Assembly (NCBI RefSeq): GCF_035084215.1
Contig: NC_090327.1
Coordinates: forward strand, 94,054,001-94,118,000
Source of the DNA: Heptranchias perlo
Taxonomy: Eukaryota
Reading direction: 5' to 3'
DNA: 64,000 nt
Shown here: positions 50,998-64,000 of the stretch, piece after piece
Layout of the letters: every line of letters begins with the position of its first letter
Numbering within the stretch: position 1 is the stretch's first letter
Notes under the pieces: generated by a model
The model's input: the letters and a program-made list of their open reading frames with translations, nothing else
Told to the model about the DNA's origin: nothing
The model's database searches: none
Position numbers and translations under genes: made by a program

Positions 50998-52931
50998 TTA
51001 TACAGTGGGGCTCTTCTCTTCCCCCCCTTCTCGATTTCTTCTGGGGAGCAGCACTCAATACGTTGAGATTAGCAGTGAACTAATGCCATTTAAAAAAAAA
51101 ACTGCTTTCAGTTTATTAAAAGGTCACAAACTTCTCAGGCATTAGTCTGTGACTTCAGAGTAGATCACTACACCACCATAATCATCAGTTCAATATTTCT
51201 CCACAGATGCATGCATTATGTAGAGCAAAATAAGTTTGCATTTATGACTAGATACTGTCAGATTAATTATCACAGTGACGAATCTTTCGCGCAGGATTGT
51301 GTTCTCAAACTACAAACTTTGAGTTGTCTATTGCCTATTTACTGGATAAATCTATTCAATACAGTCTTGCAACTCCTCAATTCATATACAACATTCTCTT
51401 CACTTGTCCATCCTTCCCTCCACACACACCCCCATCAATTAATAGCTCAGGCATGCTTGGAAATCTCAGACCAGGATTTGAAACTATTCAAGGGTTCTCT
51501 GATGTGAAGCTTCAAGTGTCCATTTCACTTGTTCTGCCTTTGAAAAGATAAAAAGGCTGAACACCTACCAACAATAGCTTAATAAGAGTGCTCATGAAGC
51601 CCAAAAATGACTATTGGTCAACTGTACCCTCTTCCCAAAACGAGACACTCATGATGGACATCTCCGTAAGTCAAGCTAACTGTACAACAAAGTTGTGAAG
51701 AATGTGTAACACATTTGCAAGTGTCAATATTTATCATACATTATCATGGCTGTCTGGACACAACATGTCCAATTGGATCTCCATTAATTTTTAATGTAGC
51801 TTTTTATTACAATTTGAGAAAATTAGTTGAAGCCATTTTCTAACACCACTTTGTTATTGGGCTATTGGGCTAAATGTGAATATTTCCACTAGTGTTTCTC
51901 CACAGAAGTGTCAAAATAAATTCTTGGAACCATGACTTGTAAAAGCAGCTGAACAAACTGACAAGAATGCTGTAAATATCTAAAACGTGGGTGGCTATAA
52001 CCATCTGGAATTTTCAAACAACTGAGGATATGCCATCAAATTCCTGGGAGAATAGCATGCATTTCATCTTGTGCTTACTATATCTGAATAAAGTACATCA
52101 TGATATATTTTGTTTCTTCAGCTTACTGAGGCGCTCAACATATTTTCAGTTACATCATATAACACCAGTAATGACAAGGATATGCATACAACTGTACAGC
52201 ACAAAGACAGCTGTATGTACGATGCTGCAAGGGAGGTAGGGAGCATTCGAGCTTTAAAACCAGACACAAATTTTTCATTCGATTGTCTGGGGTACAGTGC
52301 CAATGACATGGAAACTACCAGTAAATGAAGGAGAAACAAAACTTCAATCAACCAGAAGGCTGATACAAAAAGATACCAGGAAAGCCCATTCCAATTGTAC
52401 ACTGAAATGTTCTAAATGAGTCTGAAATAAATTTACAGAAGTACAACCACTTCTACCTCGAACAGATCAAGTATACACCTCATTTATATAAGTAATCAAA
52501 CACGTTAAAGTACATCCACATTTGTACATAAGCTCCAGCCCCAAAATAAGCTTCACGTGAGTGTTTTGATGCACATTGGAAAGGCTACAGTGTCTTCCAT
52601 TTTAATACTGCATGTATAGTTCTGAAGTACTTATATACCATGAAGACTTAAGCAGATTAACAACTGACTCTTAGTTTCACCAAAACTAATCTGGTCATTG
52701 TTCACCTGAAAAGAATTTTAACACTTCACAGTGTACTGAGAGAGAAATCGGTCTACCATAAATATTATGCATTATGACATTTTAATAACTTTAAGGGAGA
52801 GGTATAAACTGTTGTGTTAAGAGTTTTCAATCATGTATTCGCTGGTTCCAAGCAATGTTTCTGCTTCAAGCCTTGTGAACTGTCACCAATCTATAAAAGA
52901 ATGGACTTGTCATTACAGATGGTGCAACAGC

Positions 52932-53508
52932 GAATCATAGAATCACAGAAAGTTACAGCACAGAAGGTGGCCATTCGGCCCATTGTGTCTGTGCCAGCCT
53001 AATCCCACTTTCCAGCTCTTGGTTCGTAGCCTTGTAGGTTTCAGCACTTCAAGTGCACATCCAAGTACTTTTTAAATGCGATGAGGCTTTCTGCCTCTAC
53101 CACCCTTTCAGGCAGTGAGTTCCAGACCCCCACCACCCACTGGGTGAAAACATTTCTCCTCAACTCCCCTCTAATCCTTCTACCAATTACTTTAAATCTA
53201 TGCCCCCTGGTTATTGACCTCTCTGCTAAGGGAGCCAGGTCCTTCCTATCCACTCTATCTAGGCCCCTCATAATTTTATACACTCAATTAAATCACCCCT
53301 CAGCCTCCTCTGTTCCAAAGAAACAACCCCAGCCTATCCAATCATTCCTCATAGCTAAAATTCTCCAGTCCTGGCAATATCCTCGTAAATCTCCTCTGTA
53401 CCCTCTCTAGTGCAATCACATCTTTCCTGTAATATGGTGACCAGAACCGTATGAAGTGCTCTAACTGTGGCCAACTAGTGTTTCATACTGTTCTAGCATA
53501 ACCTCCCT
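52932..53508 (-). mobile_element. CR1 3' fragment
   Basis: YKIMRGLDRVDRKDL...WNSLPERVVEAESLIAFKKYLDVHLKC. Confidence 0.92.
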
Positions 53509-53644
53509 AAATATCAAAAGAAAATATCAAAGGATATCAAAAGAGCTGCATGTTCTCGACAATTATTTTACCAGCATGTCAAAATTTACTTTATAATTTT
53601 TTATTACAGAGTAATAAGAGCCTGCTAAAAAAAAAATCAAGATT

Positions 53645-54390
53645 TTAAAAAATTAATTCTCGGAATGTAGGCACCACTGGCAAGTCCGGCATTTATTGGT
53701 AATCCTTAGTTGCCCTTGAGAAGGTGGTGGGTCTTCTTCTTGAACCGCTGCAGTCCGTGTGGTGAAGGTGCTCCCACAATGCTGTTAGGTAGGGAGTTCC
53801 AAGATTTTGACCCAGTGATATATGTCCAAGTCAGGGTAGTGCGTGACTTGGAGGTGTTGGTGTTCCCATGTCCATCTAGGTGGTGGAGGTTGCGGGTTTG
53901 GCAGGTGGTGCTAAGATGCCATGGCAACTTGCTGCAGTGCATTCTGTATAGTACACACTGCAGCCACGGTATGCTGGTGATGGAGGAGGTAGATATTTAA
54001 GCATGTGGGGGAGGTAGATATTTAAGCATGTGGATGAAGTGCCAATCAAGTGAACATGCTATACTTGGATGATGTTGAGCTTCTAGTGTTGTTGCAGCTG
54101 CACCATCCAGGCACATGGAGGGTATTCCATCACTATCCTTGTGACTTGTAGGTGGTGGAGAGACTTTGGGGAGTCAGAAGGTGAGCCACACACACAGAAT
54201 ACCCAGCCTCTGACCTGCTCTACTAGCCACAGTATTTATGCGGCTTGTCCATGTGAATTTCTGGTCAATGGTGACATCCAGGATGCTAATGGTCGGGGAT
54301 TCAGCAATGGTAATGCCATTATATGTCAGGGCCTATGACTCTGCCCTGAGGAACTGCTGCAGTGATGTCAGGGCTGAGGTGATTGCATTC
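53645..54390 (-). mobile_element. Older copy of the 4003-family LINE 3' region
   Basis: SKSWNSLPNSIVGAPSPHGLQRFKKKTHHLLKGN; internal ~26-bp tandem duplication near 53985-54033. Confidence 0.85.
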
Positions 54391-55824
54391 AGAGGCTTTC
54401 AAGCCAATTTCTAAAATATATACATCAGTTATTTAAAATGACTGTTGCAGTGACATCGGGAAAGGGCAGCCTAGCAGTGAGTCCTTTCAGGCTTCACTAA
54501 AATGGTCATCTTAAATCTTCAATGAGATGTCTGCAGGAGCTGCTGCTTAAACCCTGAAGACAACCACAGGGTAGTCCACATGCACGGACCATTTTGCTCT
54601 CTTAGCTGAAACTGGAACCGTAAGCTCTCAGGAAAAGCAGCTCAAAGGAAGTTTAATGTACATCAGAACTAAAAAGGAAAAAAATGTTTTGTGGAGTTCA
54701 TTGAAAGATTTGTATCTACACAGTGTAGTATTTTGACCAGACAATGCAAACTGAAGTATTGTGCTATTTTATGCTTAACCATTGAGGAATTCAGTGGAAT
54801 CAGTGGAAAAACAAAGGCAATTAATAAATTAAATCATATATCCCTACATCTTCCCCGTGCCACCGAAAAACCGTCCTTGATGATCAGGAAAGGATTAATA
54901 ATCCAATACATGGATAACCAGTTCAGTACCCAGATTCCCTTCATTCCCTTCGTAGACAACACAGGACAGACCAGGGAGTGATGTGGTGCATCCGATGGGT
55001 TTGTGCAACACAGACACTGAGCTTCCAAAGCTACATGTACAATAAAGACTAAGTCATACTAAGTAACCACTTAAACCGTTCATATCATTTTGGTGATAAT
55101 TCACATTGAGAGTTATAACATCCTTGTGTCCTCCACAACAACAGCAACTTGTATTTATGTAGCACCTTTAACATACTAAAATATCACGAAGCATTTCAGA
55201 GATGTGAAGGGAACTGGCTGATAACTGCTAACTATTCAAATGACTGCCTGTCAGCCAACAAAAGAGTGATTTCAAACAACTGGTGAGCTTTACGAACATA
55301 ACTAACTAATGAAACACTTGGTTTCATTCTCGGATCCTAAGGCAAGGCAATACAATAAAAATGTCATGGTGTGTTATTTGACAATGCAGGACATACAAAT
55401 CTTAGCTCCAATAATGAAGTTTTTTTTTTCAAAAGGAACCTTCAAACAAACTAATGTGACATAGTCAGTGGTGAGCATTGGTGAAATCGTGACTTTTTGG
55501 GCACTTGTTAACAAGCAGAGCTTCAAAGAGGTGAGCTTGTTAAACAAAATACTGTTACAAAAGACAGGCCATAATGGGTGCAGCCCAATGCAGACGTAGA
55601 CGACAATACTTGGGTTTTAAAGATCCACATATCTGTCTAGTGTTCCAAAAAGTGGGCAGAATTTTGGCAGTATATGGAAATTGTAATTATGAGGCAACTC
55701 TATGTTCCCATAATTGCTCTACCCTATTTCATGTTATGATGTGGAGATGCCGGTGATGGACTGGGGTTGACAATTGTAAACAATTTTACAACACCAAGTT
55801 ATAGTCCAGCAATTTTATTTTAAA

Positions 55825-55863
55825 TTCACAAGCTTTCGGAGGCTTCCTCCTTCATCAGGTGAA
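55825..55863 (-). ncRNA. Minimal type I hammerhead ribozyme (family A variant)
   Basis: Minus strand: uucac CUGAUGA a GGAGG aag CCUCC GAAAGCU U gugaa; 5-bp stem I with a compensatory change relative to 5768-5808. Confidence 0.85.
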
Positions 55864-55872
55864 CGATGTGAA

Positions 55873-55905
55873 ACCTGACGAAGGAGGAAGCCTCCGAAAG
55901 CTTGT
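55873..55905 (+). ncRNA. Hammerhead core with truncated stem I
   Basis: ac CTGACGA a GGAGG aag CCTCC GAAAGCT T gt; only 2 bp of stem I remain because the inversion breakpoint lies inside it. Confidence 0.6.
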
Positions 55906-57261
55906 GAATTTAAAATAAAATTGCTGGACTATAACTTGGTGTTGTAAAATTGTTTACTATTTCATGTTGGATAGTTTAAAGGATTTCTCTCCCCTTAATC
56001 CCACCCATTTACATCCTCATCCTGTAACTATTATCAGAACAACTCAGAAAGCAAGTGAACAATCATTTCAGAAACCAGTTAAGTGGAATTGCAAGTTGCT
56101 ATTCTGGTTTATGGACCATTAGTCAGAAATTAACTGGTCAATAGTTGCTGACAACACTCTTGCTTGTTGGTAAATTAACTATCCCTCTGAAGGGTCCATA
56201 TTTCATAATTTTCAAACCCAACCCCATCCCTCATGCTTATCAACTTCAATCACCTTTGCATTGCAAGAAACCCACTCCCCGTTTTTAAGTGGTGCGCCTG
56301 GATCTTGTACTCTTCAAGTAAATTTCTGTTGATTCACAAATGCCACAGGATAATTTCCTGAAAAGTTGCATATGACAGTTTCACAGGAATTAAGAGGAAA
56401 AAAAATCCTTTGATGGCAGTTAGCGTAAATGTAAACAAACAATCTCCAGGGTGGTATTAACTTGTATACTAGAATTCTATGCTGTGCAATAGTTCAGGTC
56501 AGACCAAAAAAAATCCTTGCAGAATAACTGGTCTTTTGATTAATAGCAATGACAATACTGGGACTGGGCAAACAGTTGCATTGCTACTTTTTAAAAAAAG
56601 TCAATAAAATGTCTTTTACTTTTGGTATTCCAAAAAGTATACATTTATGAGCTAACAATGCTGGACACAATGTCCTTTTAGGACATTCAATCAACCCCAA
56701 CTTGGTCTGTGATGTAAATTTGAAAGTTCAGGTGTTCATTGGCTGCTAAATGACACAAAGGATTTACTCTTAAAATACACAACCAAATCCTCTATAGGAA
56801 AATCTGTGTGTGGAGATTAGATTAGGATGAAGAGGGCTTCATGCAACTTCTTCACATAAAAGGAGTGATCAATACCAAGAGTGGACTTCAGGTACAATGG
56901 TGGAGGTGAAAATAATTTACAAAGCCATTCATTGCTGCGATGGAGGGGGGAGAACAACTATTGGGTCCTTCTGGATGAATGACTATGATGAGATGATTGG
57001 CCTTCATCATTTGTGTCTATTTTGTGATTTTATGAACTCTTGTAGAAAAAGAAAGTGCTATATGTTATTAAGCACCTTCCTTAATACCCATGAAATACAA
57101 TTCCAAAATCTGTATTTCACATAAGAAAACAACTCTCCAAGAACCTATACATAAACCCAATCACATTCTGCAGACAGTAATACCAGACACAATGGATAAT
57201 ATGGTATGGTCCAATTACAACACAGAGTGAAATGTGAAAGAATACTACATTGTGTAGTGAT

Positions 57262-57355
57262 AAGCACCAAAATTCCTTTCTGCTAAGTTGCCCGTCTCAG
57301 CTGGAGTGGTGGAATGTGGGAAAGCACTAAAATTCCCTTCTGTTAAGTTGCCTGT
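57262..57355. repeat. Two ~34-bp direct repeats, period 60
   Basis: aagcaccaaaattcctttctgctaagttgcccgt / aagcactaaaattcccttctgttaagttgcctgt. Confidence 0.8.
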
Positions 57356-57814
57356 GGGGAGGCATTCAGAAAAGGCTGAGTTTGTGCCTACAGTGAAGGA
57401 GGGAAAAACCCAGAACAAAAAACAACAGAAACCACCACCAGCCCACAAACACCTACAGCTTTTTAAAAGCTGGCTGATGCTTACTTCCCTGCAGCTAGTG
57501 AATGGCTTCAGAGTCTAGGGAAGGGTTGGGGGGAGGAGGAGTAGCAGGATGGTGCCTTACATTCTTGCACTTGAACAAGCTTTTCAATAAGTACAATAGA
57601 ATGGTTAAATGTTTGAAGAATTTTGCTTTGTTTATTATAAAGAATGAATTACTTTCTTAAAGGTCACATTAACTCCCCCACACCCAAAGTGCAGGTCCTA
57701 TGATCTTGGATTCACTGAATAATATTGTAAACGTACTGCCCATATTCCTACAGAAAAAAATCCTATATCACTGCAGTGACATGTAAAAATCAGCAGTCGA
57801 AATGCAACAAGAGT

Positions 57815-58955
57815 ACATACTAATGCAATCTAATGTGGATAAGCGCAAGTGTGGGGTAATATATTTTGTATGTGTTAAAACAAGGAATGGGAATATACAC
57901 TCAATGGAAATATGCTGAAGGATGCGGATGAACATGAGACTTAATGGTTCAAATACATAATTTCCTGAAGTGCAAGTGCAGGTAGGATAAAGCCTTCAAA
58001 AAAGCCAATAAAATGTTGGGCTTTATAAACAGGATCATAGAATACAAGTGTAAAAAAGTCATGATAAATTTGTACAAAACATTGGTTAGGCCACAGATAG
58101 AGTATGGTGCCCCATAATAGAACAGGCAATAAAGCCATAAAGAATGTACAATGTGGATTCCCCAGGATAATTCCAGGGATGGGAAACTATAGTTATGAGG
58201 AGACTTTAGAGATGCTATGATTATTTCTACTGATGCAGAGAAGGCTGAGAGGAGACTTAATGTTTAAAGTCTTCATTATGAAGGGTTTTGGTGGAGTGAA
58301 TAGGGAAATACTATTTTTTTTGTTTGTTTGGGGAGCCTGTAATGAGGGGTCATCTATTTCAAATTGTCGCTAAGAGAGGCAGGAGGGGGATTAGAAGAAA
58401 TTTCTTTACACGGAGGATTGTTGAAGTATGGAATGCTTTGTCAAAGGGAGTGGTTGAGGCAAAGACTGTTGTATCTTTCAAGGGAAAATTGGATAAATAG
58501 TATCATAGTAGGTACAGCACAGAAGGAGGCCATTCGGCCCAATGTACCTGTGCCGGCTCTTTGAAAGAGTTGCCTTTCAATTAGTGCCATTCCCCTGCTC
58601 TTTCCTTAAAACCCCTTAAATTTTTTCCTTTCAAGTATTTATCCAATTCTCTTTTGAAAGATACTATTGAATCTGCTTCCACCACCCTTTCAGACAGTAC
58701 ATTCCAGATCATTACAACTCGCTGCATAAAAAAATGTTTCCTCATGTCGCCTCTGGCTCTTTTGCCGAACACCTTAAATCTGTTTCCTCTGCCACTGGAA
58801 ACAATTTCTCCTTATTTACTCATTTGAAGCAGTGGAAAATAGAGGACTATGAGTAGAAAGTGAGGCAGTGAAATTACTTTTGGTTTGTTCTAGCATAGAG
58901 CCAGCACAGATAGTATGGGCCAAATGGCCTCCTTCTCTGCTATAAGATTCAATGG
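57815..58955 (+). mobile_element. Old CR1 3' region interrupted by an antisense CR1
   Basis: gaatatacactcaatgg, tttgtacaaaacattggttaggccacag, ggaaaattggataaat|atttgaag, gggccaaatggcctccttct. Confidence 0.85.
58498..58822 (-). mobile_element. Nested younger CR1 3' end
   Basis: DMRKHFFMQRVVMIWNVLSERVVEADSIVSFKRELDKYLK; same subfamily as 23940-24180. Confidence 0.9.
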
Positions 58956-59379
58956 TTTAGTCAAACTAAAATAAACTGCCTTGCTTACCAAGTAAGCCAT
59001 CAAAAATTTTCAGTTGAACTGAGAAAGGATCCTGCACAGACCAGAGTTAGCTGGCCACGAGAACAACTGTCAAACTTGCTATCTAAAAACCTTACACAGG
59101 AACATAAGCACCAATGAATCATGATTTACACATACTGAACAAAACATTTCTCCGGTGTTGTGAAGCAAGACTTCATCTTGTGACTTTACAGAAGTTAGCT
59201 GCTTACCATTTTGCACAAGCACCAGTTCAGGGATGTCCTATAAGTCTTCCTGACAGATGGTACAGGGACACAATTGTGACAATAAACCTGTATCACGCAC
59301 TCAGAATCTCTCAGAACCCATCAAATGTTAACATTTAAAAAAAATGTAACCCTGAATGAGAGGAAGGGAAGGAAAGGCT

Positions 59380-59760
59380 CAGCTCCAACATATGATGTGG
59401 TACTGAGTCAGAGAGAGCAGGAAAGTTTCAGATTGGATCCCTGGAGTTAGCTGATCGCAGTTAGGACAGCGGGGGGGAGGGGGGGGGGTGGGGGGGAAGG
59501 TGAGTAGTACAATTCTTATCAATGTTCCCAGATTGAAAAGGAAAAAAACAAATGACTATCTTAAAGTGACTCTATCTCCATCACCAAAAGGTACCTGTGG
59601 TATATTAGGTGAGGAGGATGGGGTTTGACTTTGATCCTCTCCCCCTCCAACAGTCAAATAACACACCAATCCCTCTTTACACTCACACATGAAGAATGGC
59701 TGCTTGGGCGAGATCTCAGGACTCCCTTTAGGTGGGGTGTGGTAATGTGAGCAGTTTGTG
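59380..59760 (+). repeat. Old SINE-like repeat (family of 46240-46440); related piece ~60310-60520
   Basis: gagttagctgatcgcag...ctcacacatgaagaatggctgcttgggc. Confidence 0.5.
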
Positions 59761-61589
59761 TGACAAATTCCTAATGTGGAATAATGAGAATTACACACTT
59801 GACTTTTGAAAATATTTTAAAAATCATATTGCTGCTTTAAGTTTTTCAAGCCAACCATTTGTAGTCACGATGCCCAGTAATAACTTTTTAAAGCAGACGC
59901 TCAACAAGTTTGGAACAATAATGTAAGAACTAAATCAGAGCAGAAACAGTTCATGTCTTTTCATTCTAACTCCACGGATTATCCTGAAACAAATTCAGGG
60001 TTTAAAAGAAGTACAACTCCGACCAAATGTTTCTTTCCAACTGTAAACATCCTTTTAAAACTATGTGGATTTGCAAGCTGCTTAATGTTGCTGTTACCCA
60101 TCTTCATCAATAGAGCAACGAGGTACCAAGAAAATCTCGTGACTTATTTGGGGGGTGGGAGAAAGGCGCACCATTTAATAAAAATTCTGACCCCGCCGAA
60201 GCCGCTAAACAGTAACTAGTAAGTAAGCCTATTCTATACTGGAAGGCCTACAGTTGAGTCTGAGTCTATATTACAGTAGCTAATCTAAGGTAGGACAGTG
60301 GCAGGAAACAATTGATCGCAGGACCCCAACAATCAGCCAAGGTTTCTGCTGATGATTGATATCCAGCAACACTTACTAGAAGTGTGCAAATGAGGACATG
60401 ATTGGGCTTAGCTGTGTTGCCCCACATGGTGGAATAGCCTGCCACCACTCAGTGTCAAGGCTCACTGCTATTGAATGGTATCCGAGTTAGGAGAGGTGTC
60501 AATGCCTTCAAGAAAAGAGGGGAAAAAATTAGCAGGGATGGTGAACTATTCTCTACAAAGGATACCATAACAAGACCGCTGTATTTTCCTTTTGAACTAG
60601 ATAAAGTTTTTTTTTAGAACTCCATGCACATTTAGTATTTTAATTTTTCGACATACTTAGTGCATGTGAACATACCCCTCACTAATGTATATAATGTTTG
60701 AAAGGATTTTTAACACACATCAACAACAGCCCCCAATTAAACCACACCACAGCACCCATACCAATATCCTCATTTGTACGACAGATGTTCATAACTAATT
60801 TGCAACAGAAGCAAATGTGAGTGCATTACTAGTCAGACTCCGCAAGGAATATTAATACAGCAAACAGCACCAGAGAAGCAGAACTTGCTGAACCAAGAGC
60901 TGATAAACATTTTGATTTAACAAAATTGTGCAAAGTTGTCAGTCCATACGGTACAGCTTAGCATTCATGATTCTGTTAATGCCTCCACAGTACGTCACAC
61001 TAGTTTACAAATAAAAGTCAATAGTTTACGGTACGTTACAAGGAGTAATTTAATTTTTCATCAACCATCAGTGGCTCATGAGAAAGCAGTCCCAGACGAA
61101 TTGTTCTCATGAACATGGAAATAAATTCCATATCCTACTGACATTTAATACTATACTTGTTGCTGAATTGAAGAGGTCAGTGGTGAATGTCTCAATTTAC
61201 CTTCAACAAGCTACTTGATCTCAATCCACAGAAACAATGTGATCTACATTCTGGTGAAACACTATTCCCCAGTGTTCAAATCTACCTCTTACCCATACAA
61301 AAGGTAATTACTGTATTTGTGACATATGTTAGAATTACTCAGTGATGTCATTGAGCTTACTTATACTAATGGTATCAATATGCAATTGAAGGGAGAATAA
61401 GCTTGTTGTATGACACTCTTAATTCAGCTTCAAGAATTAATTCCACAAGTATTGTTAGAGGCATTTTTGATAATTGGTAGGTAAGTACATGGGTAAATGT
61501 TGCATTTTTTTTCCAGAATTACTTATGTTTTAGTATGAATATTATGCTAGAAATGTTATTTTTAATATATCCTCAGGTTACTAAAAGCT

Positions 61590-62497
61590 CAGTAGTTAAG
61601 TACAGGTGGCAAAAGCCAGTTGGCCCATTTTGAATCATCCATTCAGAACAAACCCTACACTCTCCCCATTGATGCATCCAACTGTTTCTTAAATAATTCC
61701 AGGGTTTTCGCCTCCACCACTCTACCTGGAAGTCCATTCCAAGTGTTGAGCACTCTGTGTGAAGAAGGACTCCTGGTATCGGTCCTAAAAGTACATTTTA
61801 CTAGTTTGACCCTATGTTACCATGTCCTACTCCCACAGTTTAATTTAGAGTAATATTCGAAGTTAACCTTTTCCATACCATTTACTATATTATATACCTC
61901 TATAAGATCATCGCTCAGTCATCCCTTTTCTAGGCTAAAAAGCCCAAGACACTCCAGTCCATGCTCGTATCTCAGCCCCCTGACATTAGGGATCAGCCTT
62001 GTGACTCTTCTCTGCACTGCCTCCGGCACTTGAATATCTCCCTTGTTTGCCAGCGACCAGAATTGGATGTAGTACTCGAGATGAAGTCTGACTAACATCA
62101 TACAGTTTGATTAAGACTTCCTCTGACTTGTATTCTACTGTTCTGGCAATGTAGTTCAACATTCTACTGACGTCGTTGATTGCTGTTCTGCACTGGCTGG
62201 ACATGTTAAGTATTGATTCTACGAAGACTCCAAGATCTCTTTCAACTTCATCCTTAGCTACTTCAATACCATTTATGATGTATGTTGCCCATTTTCCCTT
62301 CCTATTTGCAATATTTTACACTTGTCTGCATTAAATTTCATCTGCCATTGTTCAGCCCACTGACCTATTTTAATTTAGCCCATTCTATAGTTTCTGGGCT
62401 GCTTTCTTTGAATCCACTACCCGTCCTACTTTGGTATCATCTGCAAATTAAAACAATTTGCAGAGTTTCAGAATCAAAGTCATTAATGTAAATTAGA
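61590..62497 (-). mobile_element. Old CR1 3' fragment
   Basis: LVRLHLEYYIQFWS, VEYKSEEVLIKLYD; tttggtatcatctgcaaa reads FADDTK on the minus strand. Confidence 0.9.
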
Positions 62498-63879
62498 CTT
62501 GGACTGATTTCATGAGTTTCCCTTTTCTCTTACCAATTGTTATTTGCTGAGTGCTGATTCTTGATGGGTAGTTTTTTATCCCTGCTGACTACTGGATAGG
62601 TACTTGCTCAATTGTAATTGGTTGTTGTCTCATGAAAATTATATTGAGCCAATTAAGTTTTTAATTGCGACATACACTTCATGCTCTGATGCTTTGTGGT
62701 GTCTGTGACACCTTGAGGTGTGATGCACACGGGTGTGACAGAAGCAAGAGATCTAAATATACAATATATATCTAAATAATACATTAAAATTTTGTGTCTG
62801 CATGCACTGTCAATTTTTCCATTACAAATTCCCATGTAAAGTCTCCTGTGATACCTCTTACAGTAAGTCAGAGAATATGTTGGATTATATAGACGAACAC
62901 TGCAACATGCAAAACAATGTACTATTCTGCTTCTAAAGTGCAGATGTGTGTCACTTTAAGCTACAAAATCTAACTGATGTTAAGTAAACACTGGGTGAAT
63001 TTATATGCAGGTCAATAAACAAGCTGCAGAAATTCTGGCTCAGTATTTTCTGCTGCTGGAGAGTTTTTTTGTACATTCCAAATGACTTATTCTTCTCCCC
63101 TCTCTCTCCCCCATTCCCATATGATGGGCAACAAGTGCGTGCACACATTTTTATGAAATATTCTTTCAATTTTTTTGAACTGTACAATATCATGCCGCCA
63201 AATTTAAACTCAACCTAGCAAAGGAAGCTAAAGAAATGGTTGCATACACAATTTATAATCTTCGCAGCAAGATGTTCCCCAGGTTTAGTTAATCTCTTTA
63301 GGAGAACTGTCCTTATATAACTTGAGATTTAGATGTCTATACGCTATACTTTGGTCATCACTCAAAATATCTTTCATCTGATCAATGACATTCCGGATGT
63401 CTTAAAATCTTTCTGAAAATGCTGTCTTAATCACTTTTGAGTTAATGAAATGGTGATGCTATTTTCACACCAAGGTATACTGCTACAACTCGTAAACGTG
63501 GCATGGAAGTCCCAGCAGAGAATCACCACTTCCTATTGCGTCACTACCAAGATAGCAGTCAGGCAGTGGAGTGGAGTTGTGTTAGCTCTGGCATAACACA
63601 AGGCATACACTGGAGGTCATGACAAAGTGCAGCACGAAGGCTGCCATTTACAAACGACCACAAGTTTGACCCTTAACAGACCCTTAACAGGGTTAACAGA
63701 CCAAGCAGCAGTGAGTGTAGATAATGTGTGCACGCAAAGTGTGTTACCTAAGGAGCCTACATATGAGTAGTAGTGTTCCCTTTGAAGAAAGCTGGAACAC
63801 CCAATGTGCATGTCCATTATATCTTGTCTGGCACAATTAAGGCACAGTGAATTGTATCATCCTCAGTGAGTAGGGATGG

Positions 63880-64000
63880 CAAAGACAATAACATGCATTT
63901 ACATAGTGCCTTTGATAGTAAAAAAAATGTCCCAAGGAGCTTAACAGAAGCGGAAAAGGAGCAAAGTCTTTGCATCACAATTCAAAGAGGTGACCAAAAG
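63880..64000 (-). mobile_element. L2 3' end (runs off the window)
   Basis: caataacatgcatttacatagtgcctttgatagta...tcccaaggagct...aggtgaccaaaag resembles the reverse complement of ~13517-13645. Confidence 0.7.

Larger units (their letters stand above)
55736..55956. mobile_element. 221-bp foldback PLE mini-element (family A)
   Basis: 12-bp TSD ctatttcatgtt (55724-55735 / 55957-55968); same tail as 5681-5715; 85-bp arms 55776-55860 / 55873-55957 with one mismatch and a 12-nt loop. Confidence 0.92.

Noticed and set aside
57262-57355. Repeat-spacer-repeat resembling a CRISPR array
   Set aside because: Only two imperfect copies, no cas genes, vertebrate context; best explained as a local duplication.

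Overview
Eukaryotic, AT-rich, gene-poor DNA. The repeat content (CR1 and L2 LINEs, tRNA-head SINEs with L2-type tails, Penelope-like elements) points to a cartilaginous fish, probably a shark; this is an inference. The window reads like one long intron or intergenic stretch. The only long ORF (18905-20362) is a 5'-truncated CR1 reverse transcriptase. The most interesting signal is a set of Penelope-like element (PLE) derivatives from two families, mostly bounded by target-site duplications (TSDs). They carry minimal type I hammerhead ribozymes (HHRs: CUGANGA, stem II, GAAA, palindromic stem III), with compensatory stem changes between copies. Several are foldback palindromes with back-to-back ribozymes (5681-6553, 55736-55956, 31059-31290). 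Also seen: a SINE plus ~720-bp extension unit present twice in inverted orientation ~39 kb apart, an internally deleted bipartite LINE, an isolated ~105-nt hairpin, a candidate recursive splice site and one weak candidate 90-nt exon on the minus strand. Boundaries of old repeats were read by eye and are approximate.
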